Shown one piece after another: positions 52,772 to 60,746 of a DNA stretch of 60,746 bases. Both the position numbers and the translations under genes were made by a program. The notes beneath the pieces were generated by a model. That model was given only the letters and a program-made list of their open reading frames with translations, did not search any database and was not told the origin of the DNA. How positions within the stretch are numbered: position 1 is the stretch's first letter; each line of letters starts with the position of its first letter. The stretch is from assembly GCA_035285545.1 (NCBI GenBank), contig JAYKGY010000012.1, forward strand, positions 1 through 60,746, given 5' to 3'. The stretch is from Snowella sp. GTDB lineage: Bacteria; Cyanobacteriota; Cyanobacteriia; Cyanobacteriales; Microcystaceae.

Positions 52772-53152
52772 TTAACCAAAAGACATTCAAAATTCCTCCG
52801 AAGCTTGTAATAGGATTCCTGAACGCAAGAGAGCATAATCGGGCTGGCCTATTCTCTAATATTAAGGTCTGTCAATCCGAGGAACTTTAGATATGATATA
52901 TTTTGTATAAAGTTTAGACTAGGGATGAGTTCCCTTAAAACTCTACGATTTTGTTGGAAACAGTGAAATGCCTGACGCAATTACTGCGAAGATCCGATAA
53001 ACTTGCATCAAAACTCCATCATCGCACTTTCTTAAGTAGCTGGATGCTCCCCAAACGACGGCGATCGCGATATCCCTAACAATTTCAAATTCAGCCCCTT
53101 TTGAGTAAAAGTGCTTTGAAAAAATAACATCAAAAATTTTTAGGAGAATCCT

Positions 53153-53485
53153 ATGTTACACCGCAAGATTTATCAATTTTGTACAGATGGTCAGGATGTG
53201 TCTATTTACTTGCGGGATCAGCAGCGTTGGATTGAGAATGCCCGCATTATTGCTCTGGAAGGAGATTTGGTGACTATCCGCTATGAAGCCGACGAAGAAG
53301 ACGAAATTAGTGCATGGGAAGAAATGGTTCGTTTAGAAAGTATTGGAGCAGTCAGCCGTAAACTATCTTCCGTATCCCGATTCAATTCGGACGTTATCGT
53401 CTCTGATGAATGCCCGGAATCGGAACAAATTTATGCCCGTTATCCTGAATCCAATCTAGACGAGGAAGAAGCCGATCCCGATTAA
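53153..53485 (+). CDS. Conserved cyanobacterial hypothetical protein (DUF6679-like)
   Basis: MLHRKIYQFC...LRDQQRWIE...WEEMVRLESIGAV; AGGAG upstream. Confidence 0.8.
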   Translation: MLHRKIYQFCTDGQDVSIYLRDQQRWIENARIIALEGDLVTIRYEADEEDEISAWEEMVRLESIGAVSRKLSSVSRFNSDVIVSDECPESEQIYARYPESNLDEEEADPD

Positions 53486-53605
53486 ATTAAAGATGGCAGT
53501 CTCCTAAGAATGGGGCTAAACCTATTAATATTTCTCACTTTTTAATTCATCTTTGGCTGTTCGGTTTCCCCTTCCCTGTAAAATGGGACAAGCAGTTAGT
53601 CGTTT

Positions 53606-54547
53606 TTGTATCTGGACAGAGAAAACATGGGTGAAACAATGCTTGCACAAAGGGAGACAACAGCATTTGATCTGGCTTCTTACCTCCAGGCTAAAAAAGA
53701 ACTCGTCGAGATTGCCCTCGATGGGTCTCTTTCTATCATGCGGCCAGAAAAAATTTATGAAGCCATGCGTTACTCTTTATTAGCAGGAGGAAAACGCTTA
53801 CGTCCCATTCTCTGTTTAACGACCTGCGAACTCATGGGCGGAACCGTAGAAATGGCCATGCCAACCGCTTGTGCCTTAGAGATGATTCACACCATGTCTC
53901 TGATTCATGACGATTTACCGGCCATGGATAACGATGATTATCGCCGAGGAAAATTGACGAATCATAAGGTTTTTGGAGAAGATATTGCCATTCTTGCCGG
54001 AGATGGTTTATTGGCTTATGCCTTTGAATTTGTAGCGACCCAAACCCAAAACGTGGCACCGAATCATATTATCGACGTGATTGCCCGTTTAGGAAGAACC
54101 GTGGGCGCGGCAGGTCTGGTTGGGGGTCAAGTATTGGATTTAGAGTCAGAGGGCAAAACGGATATTACGGCTGAGACCTTAAGTTTTATTCATACTCATA
54201 AAACGGGAGCTTTACTAGAAACATCGGTGGTTTCGGGGGCAATTTTAGCCGGAGCCACGGATGACGATGTACAACGGCTGTCTCGCTATGCGAAGAATAT
54301 TGGTCTAGCGTTCCAGATTGTGGATGATATTTTGGATATTACGGCAACTCAAGAGGAATTAGGCAAAACGGCTGGCAAAGATTTACAGGCTCAAAAGGCG
54401 ACCTATCCGAGTCTCTGGGGGATTGAAGAATCGAGAAACCAAGCCCAAAGCCTCATTGATGATGCTATTGCCGAATTGGAGGGTTACGGAGACCCCGCAG
54501 AGCCATTACGGGCGATCGCGCAATATATTGTGAGCCGTAAGAACTAA
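53606..54547 (+). CDS. crtE: Geranylgeranyl diphosphate synthase
   Basis: [44 protein letters not shown]. Start may be a downstream ATG. Confidence 0.95.
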   Translation: MYLDRENMGETMLAQRETTAFDLASYLQAKKELVEIALDGSLSIMRPEKIYEAMRYSLLAGGKRLRPILCLTTCELMGGTVEMAMPTACALEMIHTMSLIHDDLPAMDNDDYRRGKLTNHKVFGEDIAILAGDGLLAYAFEFVATQTQNVAPNHIIDVIARLGRTVGAAGLVGGQVLDLESEGKTDITAETLSFIHTHKTGALLETSVVSGAILAGATDDDVQRLSRYAKNIGLAFQIVDDILDITATQEELGKTAGKDLQAQKATYPSLWGIEESRNQAQSLIDDAIAELEGYGDPAEPLRAIAQYIVSRKN

Positions 54548-54581
54548 CTTCTCCCCTCTTTCACCCTTTTTATCGATTTTT

Positions 54582-55037
54582 ATGCAGGAATTCGGAAGTC
54601 TTCTCCACAATCAAGTGCTTAATGTTTCGGTGGCGGCCTGTTTAATTGCCCAAGTAATCAAGGCAATTGTGGATATTGTTCGTAACGGTAAAATTAACAT
54701 TAAAACCCTATTTTCAACGGGGGGGATGCCGAGTGCCCATTCTGCGCTAGTAGGAGCCTTGGCCACAGGGGTCTGTCTACAAAGCGGTTGGGATAGTAAC
54801 GAATTCGCGATCGCGTCCCTATTTGCGGCTATTGTCATGTACGATGCAGCCGGAGTTCGCCAAGCGGCGGGAAAACAGGCCCGTATTCTCAATCAAATCA
54901 TTGATGAATTATTTCAAGAAGAGCACAAGTTTAATGAAGAACGCCTGAAAGAATTGCTGGGTCATACCCCAACTCAAGTGTTAGTGGGGCTTGCCTTAGG
55001 AATCGGCATTGCCATTTTAGTATTGCGTCCCCTTTAA
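54582..55037 (+). CDS. Divergent PAP2 family protein (DUF212)
   Basis: GGMPSAHSA, VMYDAAGVR, LKELLGHTP; usual neighbour of crtE. Confidence 0.92.
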   Translation: MQEFGSLLHNQVLNVSVAACLIAQVIKAIVDIVRNGKINIKTLFSTGGMPSAHSALVGALATGVCLQSGWDSNEFAIASLFAAIVMYDAAGVRQAAGKQARILNQIIDELFQEEHKFNEERLKELLGHTPTQVLVGLALGIGIAILVLRPL

Positions 55038-55954
55038 TTTTCTACCCAACTGCTCCGCCAGGCCTGTTCGGCTTCGACAATACGGTATTCCCGTTGCAAC
55101 TGACGGTATTGTTTACGGAGTTTACCCAATTGTTCTAAGGAATTACGCAGTTGTTTGCGAGCATGGTTTAAATCAGGGTGACTAAATTCGATTTCCGTTA
55201 GACGTAAATGAATCGCCGTAATTTTAGCCACCATCACATTTTCTGGCTCTAGGTTCTCTTCTTCCTCGCTAGAAGAGGATTCGGCTGTCGCTTCGATTAC
55301 TAAATTCAAGATATTAGGCATCCCCGAACGTCCAATGGCCATGCCATTCTCTTCAGCCTGTAAAGCCATCTCTAGAATTTTAGGGGGAAATTTATTGGAT
55401 AAAATTGCAGCCCCTTGCAGTAAGGCATTAGCTTCTTTAGAGATTTTTTCCAAGGTGTCCTGAATTTCTTGATCAACCTGAGTTCCCCATTGCAGCAGAT
55501 GCTCTGGGTTTTTGATCGAGATTGGGGCTTTAGACGTTAGATTTTGCGATGTTTCCGACGGCAATAAGTCGCTTTCCGATACGGATTGAGCATTGTGAGG
55601 TATACTTTCACCCATCGTTTCCGAGTCAGTATCTGTACTAATATCTTCCTGCTCATCTCTCAATAGGTCAGCTTGCCCTTGTAAAGCGGCAAATAAGTAA
55701 TTTTCAAATTGTCGCCCCAGCTGACGCAATCGTTCCTGCAACCGTTGGCGTTGGTTAAAGGTTAACCGCAAAAAAGCGTCGGGATAGATCTGCGTACAAA
55801 TATGATGAGCTGCTAAAATTAATTGGTGCTCAACGGCTTGCCCCAATAGTTTTAAATATTGACGATAAAAGGGCTGAAATTCTTTAAAAAAAACAACCGT
55901 ATCATCTTCCAATTTAATGACTTTTTCTTCAATACTCGGCAGCGATCGCGACAT
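55034..55954 (-). CDS. Conserved hypothetical helical protein
   Basis: 306 aa; HICTQIYPDAFL and AEQAWRSSW motifs; shares TTAA stop overlap with the PAP2 gene. Confidence 0.78.
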   Translation of the reverse strand: MSRSLPSIEEKVIKLEDDTVVFFKEFQPFYRQYLKLLGQAVEHQLILAAHHICTQIYPDAFLRLTFNQRQRLQERLRQLGRQFENYLFAALQGQADLLRDEQEDISTDTDSETMGESIPHNAQSVSESDLLPSETSQNLTSKAPISIKNPEHLLQWGTQVDQEIQDTLEKISKEANALLQGAAILSNKFPPKILEMALQAEENGMAIGRSGMPNILNLVIEATAESSSSEEEENLEPENVMVAKITAIHLRLTEIEFSHPDLNHARKQLRNSLEQLGKLRKQYRQLQREYRIVEAEQAWRSSWVEN

Positions 55955-56079
55955 AATTAATTTCTGTAATTAGCGAAGACCAGAATACTTTTTCAACTAT
56001 TATAACAGTTTAAAAACTTTTATCGATAACCAAGATTATTGTCTTCCCTAAGCTAGTTAAACCTTAAGGTTCTATTCAT

Positions 56080-56724
56080 TTAAAGAGATTGGAATTGAGA
56101 CATCAGGGATTGACAAACCACGCGATGATTATGATGCCGAGATTGCTGTAATGCAGAATTAATAATCTTTAGATCTAAATCAGGCAATACCAAAGATGTT
56201 TGAATACGTTGGCTTCCTTGTTCAAATATTTTAAAAGCAATTATTCGAGCATTTTCAACATCAACAACCCAATACTCTTTAACACCCATTTCTTCATACA
56301 AAAGACGTTTATTTCCTAAATCATCTGCTAAGCTAGATTTGGCAATTTCAATCACTAAATCTGGAGCAGAATATTCATCTAAATCAATGATGCTTGTTCC
56401 ATAGGGGATTAAATCCGCTTGTTGACCAATATAATAGGATAAATCTGGTTGAGCTTCCCTGATACCAAGTTTACGATAGGAGCAGTTATCGCGACTCTGA
56501 AAATCAATTTGTTGAATGGTTGCGTATAAATTAACCGCATAATTTACGAGGCTATGATCACAAGCATGATCGCTACCAATGGGAGACATATCAAAATAGG
56601 AATGATGTTGATAATAGTAACTTTTGCCTGAAGTGGTTTCCAGTTGATCGAGGGATTGGAGATAATCCTCCCAACTAGTCGCTATCCAAGTTTGGGGGGG
56701 GTTTAGGGTAGAGACGGGTTTCAT
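56080..56724 (-). CDS. Uma2 family endonuclease
   Basis: QPDLSYY, APDLVIEIA, KRLLYEEMGVKEYWVVD. Confidence 0.9.
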   Translation of the reverse strand: MKPVSTLNPPQTWIATSWEDYLQSLDQLETTSGKSYYYQHHSYFDMSPIGSDHACDHSLVNYAVNLYATIQQIDFQSRDNCSYRKLGIREAQPDLSYYIGQQADLIPYGTSIIDLDEYSAPDLVIEIAKSSLADDLGNKRLLYEEMGVKEYWVVDVENARIIAFKIFEQGSQRIQTSLVLPDLDLKIINSALQQSRHHNHRVVCQSLMSQFQSL

Positions 56725-56751
56725 ACATTTAAGACTAATGATTTAACGAGA

Positions 56752-58401
56752 TTAATTCTTTTGATAGGGTAAATTTTGAGTAATTAAAGACCAACCTGAT
56801 CGAGATTCTCCGAGTATTTTAAAGGAAGCTTGATTCAGTTTTTTTAACGTGTTCTGATCGAGTAATAGATAGCGGAATTTCGCGTTTTGTCCATCGCTGA
56901 TGATGGCTGTGGGATTAGTCGGGATAACTTGGTGATCGCTGTAGAAATTTAAATCGGATCGGATTTTTGGAAATGAGGTATAAACAACTTGATTTTTAGG
57001 AACAAATTCTTGAATCAAACTACCCATTGTTTTAATCGGAAACGGATCAGCCCGAAAGCCTAGCCAAAAAGAGGTATTAACCCATAAAAGGAAAGAAATA
57101 TAAATTCCCCAAAAGAAAATAGGGATAAATTCATTTTTTTGCTGATCAAATAAGTTGGCGGTCATGCTTAAGGTTAACGACAAAAACACGAGAATCAAAA
57201 GAACAAAGGGACGATCTTTGGGGGTTAATAACGGGATGGGAAAATTCAAATAAAAACACAGAGAAATAAAAATCATCCCTAAAGCAAAAAAGAGAACCGC
57301 AATCCGCAAAAGTTTGGGATAGGGTTTTTCTGGGGGAAAATGGCGAATTTTGTTGAAAGCGATCGCGCTCAAAAAGGCCAAAGCAGGATAAAACGGAATT
57401 AAGGCAGCGTCCCAAATACCTGGCATTAAATAAGTGAGTAAACTATAACTCCCTAACCAATTCAGCAGAAATCTAGCCCAACTCCAATGTCGAGATTTCC
57501 ACACAACGTGGAAACCGTAAATCGCAAACACGAACCAAGGCAAAGAATAGGAGATCAGTTTCAACCCACCCAAGGCGATGAGTTTTATCCCTGATCTTTG
57601 TAAAGAGAAATCTACTGGAAAAAAGATTGCTTTGAAAAAAGGAGAACCGTAATGATAACCTTGCCAGCTATACCAAGCGAAAGCGGGAATTAAGCCTAAT
57701 AGGATACCGACACCTATGAGGGGAGATTGTAACAAGCGAGGAGTATCTTGACCCCAAAAGACAATGAGAGGAATCGGGAGTAATAAACCGAGTAAAGGTT
57801 GACTGAACAATAAACCCGTTAACGACAATCCCACCAGTAACGCAAACCGCAGATCTCGCCGCGATCGCAAGATGCCTTGAATTAATAAAACAGTGAAAAA
57901 AAGGGCTAAACCATAATTCGTTGCCAAACGTCCCCAATAAACCACCGGAAAGAGGGTCAGATAGACTAAAGCAGCAAAAACCGCCGTTAAACGATTCCGA
58001 AACAGTTCGATTCCTGTTCGGTACAACACGGGGATCGAAATCGCACTCAACAAAGCAATCGGGAGTCGCGTTGTCCATTCCTGAATGCCCCATAACCGAT
58101 AGGCGATCGCGATCAAATCAGGCACTAAAAAAGACGTACCAAAATAGGGCTTTCCAAACAAAGTCGGCGTAAACCACAGATGAACCTGCTCCGAAAAAGG
58201 TAAGGTTGATTGAGCAATCCCCCGGCCAATCTGCGCTACAATAGCTTCTTCACCCTCTAAAAGGGGCCCATTCCCCAAATCAAGACCGAATAATAGTAAA
58301 GCGGCAATTAATAATCCTCCCAGACATAGCCATTCTAGCCAGCGTTCTTCCTTGCGCCATTGGTGATAGATGCTCCGGAAAACAGAAGGTGAAGAATTCA
58401 T
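56752..58401 (-). CDS. ArnT/GT39-like polytopic glycosyltransferase
   Basis: Many TM helices; PTLFGKPYF, WGIQEWTTRLP. Confidence 0.8.
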   Translation of the reverse strand: MNSSPSVFRSIYHQWRKEERWLEWLCLGGLLIAALLLFGLDLGNGPLLEGEEAIVAQIGRGIAQSTLPFSEQVHLWFTPTLFGKPYFGTSFLVPDLIAIAYRLWGIQEWTTRLPIALLSAISIPVLYRTGIELFRNRLTAVFAALVYLTLFPVVYWGRLATNYGLALFFTVLLIQGILRSRRDLRFALLVGLSLTGLLFSQPLLGLLLPIPLIVFWGQDTPRLLQSPLIGVGILLGLIPAFAWYSWQGYHYGSPFFKAIFFPVDFSLQRSGIKLIALGGLKLISYSLPWFVFAIYGFHVVWKSRHWSWARFLLNWLGSYSLLTYLMPGIWDAALIPFYPALAFLSAIAFNKIRHFPPEKPYPKLLRIAVLFFALGMIFISLCFYLNFPIPLLTPKDRPFVLLILVFLSLTLSMTANLFDQQKNEFIPIFFWGIYISFLLWVNTSFWLGFRADPFPIKTMGSLIQEFVPKNQVVYTSFPKIRSDLNFYSDHQVIPTNPTAIISDGQNAKFRYLLLDQNTLKKLNQASFKILGESRSGWSLITQNLPYQKN

Positions 58402-58558
58402 AGCGGATAATACCCAAAGTCAGCGATCGCGCATTCTTTCTCTAGTGTAAAAACAATTTACCCAAAAGTCTGCTCTATACTCACTTTTAAACACTTCCCC
58501 CGTTCCCCCTTATTCTTTTCTAGCCATTTCCCCAGAAAGGCATTACCATTACAGGTGC

Positions 58559-60499
58559 ATGGAAGGATCCCTCAACCTAACACTCCAAATTGTGATCACC
58601 GTACTGGCAGGCATCAGTGCTCAGGTGATTGCGGCCTATTTTAAAGTTCCGAGTATTGTCTTTTTACTGATTTTTGGTATCGGTTTAGGCTCCGATGGTT
58701 TACATCTTCTCCATCCCCAGCAATTAGGAATGGGATTAGAAGTCATCGTTTCCCTTTCGGTTGCCATTATTCTCTTTGAAGGGGGGTTAAATCTCAGTCT
58801 TCGAGAATTGGGGCAAGTGTCAGGCAGTCTCCGCAATCTAGTCACCCTCGGCACCTTAATCACCTTAGCAGGGGCAGGGATGGCCGCCCATTGGTTTGCT
58901 GAATTTCCCTGGGCGATCGCGTTTCTCTACGGTTCTTTGGTGGTAGTGACTGGGCCAACCGTTGTTGGGCCCATGATTAAACAAGTGCAGGTGGAGCGTT
59001 CCGTTGCGACCCTCCTCGAAGGAGAAGGCGTGTTAATTGATCCCGTTGGGGCCATTTTGGCCGTTGTTGTGTTAGAAACTATCTTTAAAACGAATACTAG
59101 CTTTGAAGGTGATATTCGAGAAATTTTAGTGGGTTTATCCCTACGGTTAGGGATTGGACTCGGTATTGGCATCGTTGGCGGTGGCTTACTCAGTTTCTTT
59201 TTAAAAAAAGCCACTTTTTTATCCGATGACCTAAACAATTTAGTGGTTCTAGCCGGAGTGTGGGGGATTTTTGGGGGTTCCCAAGCGTTAATTAGTGAAT
59301 CTGGCCTCATGGCAACTGTTGCTACAGGTATTATGCTCAATTCTTCCGAACTTCCCGATGAGCGACTTCTCAAACGATTTAAAGGAAAATTGACGATTCT
59401 CTGTGTTTCAGTCCTATTCATTCTTTTAGCGGCCGATCTATCCCTAAAAAGTGTGGTTGCCTTGGGTTGGGGCAGTGTGGTTACTGTTCTCTGCTTAATG
59501 TTTATCGTCCGTCCCATCAGTGTTGGATTTTGTACCCTCAATAGTGGCTTAAATTGGCGGCAAAAATTATTTGTAGCATGGATTTCTCCACGGGGGATCG
59601 TTTCGGCCTCTGTTGCTTCCCTGTTTGCCATTTTATTAACCGAGCAAGGCATCAACGGGGGGGACTCCATCAAAGCCCTCGTATTTCTCACCATTATGAT
59701 GACCGTGTTCATTCAGGGATTAACTGCCCGCGTTTTAGCCAAAATCCTGGGAGTTACCTCCTCAACCACCACAGGAGCCGTCATTATTGGTTGTACTCCT
59801 TTAGGACGGTTAATTGCCAAATTGTTCCAAATACAAGGAGAATCAGTCGTTTTGATTGATACGGATCCCGAAGCTTGTCAGGCAGCCGAAGGGGAAAATA
59901 TCCCTGTTTTTCAGAGTAGCGGTTTAGATCCCAATGTCCTCGAAGAAGCGGGCATTAATTCGATGGGAACTTTTATGGCGTTAACCAGCAATGGAGAGGT
60001 CAATTTAGTTTTGGCGCAACGGGCCCTAGAGGAATTTAAACCGCCCCGTGTCTATGCCGTTTTTCCCCATAAAGCGGAAGACGATCCCTCAACGGCTCCA
60101 TCTAAAGGGATACAAAAATTTATTGATCACAAAGCCTTTAAAACTTGGAACCAATACTTGAAAGATGATCAGGTGAAGTTAGGCAAAACGGTTTTTCGTG
60201 AGGTGGGCTTATCGTTACAACAGGCCCATATCCAAGCGTTAGTGCGCTCCGGCGAGTTGCTCCCCCTATTGGTTAAACGTCAAAAAATTTTACAACTGGT
60301 TAAAACAAATGAAGATTGGTTACCCGATGAGGAAGTTTTTTATCTCTTGCATGATCCTCGCCCTACCTTGCTGAAGCGTTTATCCGGTGGTGTGCAATCT
60401 TCCCGTTTGGCATTGGCCGTTTTGCCAGAAGTGGAAGAAGTCCCGCTCAGTAATGGCAGTTCGGAGGTCGAAAATCTAACGGCCTTTCAAGAAGATTGA
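58559..60499 (+). CDS. CPA1 cation/proton antiporter with TrkA-N (KTN) domain
   Basis: ILFEGGL, VTGPTVV, EGEGVLIDP, SPRGIV; C-terminal IIGCTPLG Rossmann domain. Confidence 0.9.
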   Translation: MEGSLNLTLQIVITVLAGISAQVIAAYFKVPSIVFLLIFGIGLGSDGLHLLHPQQLGMGLEVIVSLSVAIILFEGGLNLSLRELGQVSGSLRNLVTLGTLITLAGAGMAAHWFAEFPWAIAFLYGSLVVVTGPTVVGPMIKQVQVERSVATLLEGEGVLIDPVGAILAVVVLETIFKTNTSFEGDIREILVGLSLRLGIGLGIGIVGGGLLSFFLKKATFLSDDLNNLVVLAGVWGIFGGSQALISESGLMATVATGIMLNSSELPDERLLKRFKGKLTILCVSVLFILLAADLSLKSVVALGWGSVVTVLCLMFIVRPISVGFCTLNSGLNWRQKLFVAWISPRGIVSASVASLFAILLTEQGINGGDSIKALVFLTIMMTVFIQGLTARVLAKILGVTSSTTTGAVIIGCTPLGRLIAKLFQIQGESVVLIDTDPEACQAAEGENIPVFQSSGLDPNVLEEAGINSMGTFMALTSNGEVNLVLAQRALEEFKPPRVYAVFPHKAEDDPSTAPSKGIQKFIDHKAFKTWNQYLKDDQVKLGKTVFREVGLSLQQAHIQALVRSGELLPLLVKRQKILQLVKTNEDWLPDEEVFYLLHDPRPTLLKRLSGGVQSSRLALAVLPEVEEVPLSNGSSEVENLTAFQED

Positions 60500-60624
60500 T
60501 GGGAATAATGACAGCAAGAGAATGGCTTATTTCATCCCTAGAGCGCGATCGCGATTTGAATGCCCCATAAAATTTAAGCTATTCAAAGATTAAATTAAAT
60601 TTGAATAGATAATAAGGCTCACTT

Positions 60625-60746
60625 AGAACCTATCCGAAAAATGTGAGAAGTTTGCGGCCGATGATCAAACAAGCAGCAATCTGAATAAAGCCCAAGTAGG
60701 ATTGAGAAGATTTGGCCCATCGAATAAGGATGCCTCGGAAACGATT
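60625..60746 (-). mobile_element. Right end of an IS5-family insertion sequence (transposase C-terminus plus terminal repeat)
   Basis: Minus strand 60746-60630 reads NRFRGILIRWAKSSQSYLGFIQIAACLIIGRKLLTFFG*, typical of IS5-type transposase ends. The stop lies inside a candidate terminal repeat AGAACCTATCCGAAAA. Confidence 0.8.

Noticed and set aside
52630..52836. 68-aa minus-strand ORF after the endonuclease
   Set aside because: It is the antisense shadow of the methyltransferase C-terminal remnant.
52840..53150. Possible ncRNA or riboswitch upstream of the DUF6679-like gene
   Set aside because: No recognisable RNA family motif or convincing structure by eye.
58927..59712. 261-aa antisense ORF in the antiporter, and similar antisense ORFs inside rpoC1, bamA, dapB, typA and the M50 genes
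   Set aside because: Fully overlap well-supported genes and show no motifs.

Overview
Cyanobacterial chromosomal window. Evidence: psbD, apcF, a split rpoC1 gamma subunit, and dense HIP1 GCGATCGC octamers. A unicellular Synechocystis/Chroococcales-like host is my inference. Most genes are housekeeping (comM-like, rpoC1, vipp1, purC-bamA-lpxC, dapB, cruP, atpD/atpC, recG, typA, thrC, tRNA-Leu, leuS, hisB, crtE). Accessory patches: (1) after hisB, an m5C methyltransferase of the CGATCG (M.XorII/M.Ssp6803I-like) type plus a putative endonuclease, followed by an orphaned second copy of the methyltransferase's last ~46 codons, suggesting the nuclease arrived by replacing the 3' end of a resident HIP1-core methylase; (2) between recG and typA, a lone gene bracketed by an exact 10-bp inverted GTTAGACCGC/GCGGTCTAAC pair and an attC-like hairpin, resembling a solitary integron cassette; (3) between thrC and tRNA-Leu, intact and decayed toxin-antitoxin genes, a 61-bp direct repeat and a very AT-rich membrane-protein gene; (4) a DUF433 pseudogene upstream of rpoC1 and the end of an IS5-family element at the right edge. 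Family names come from motif recognition, not database searches.
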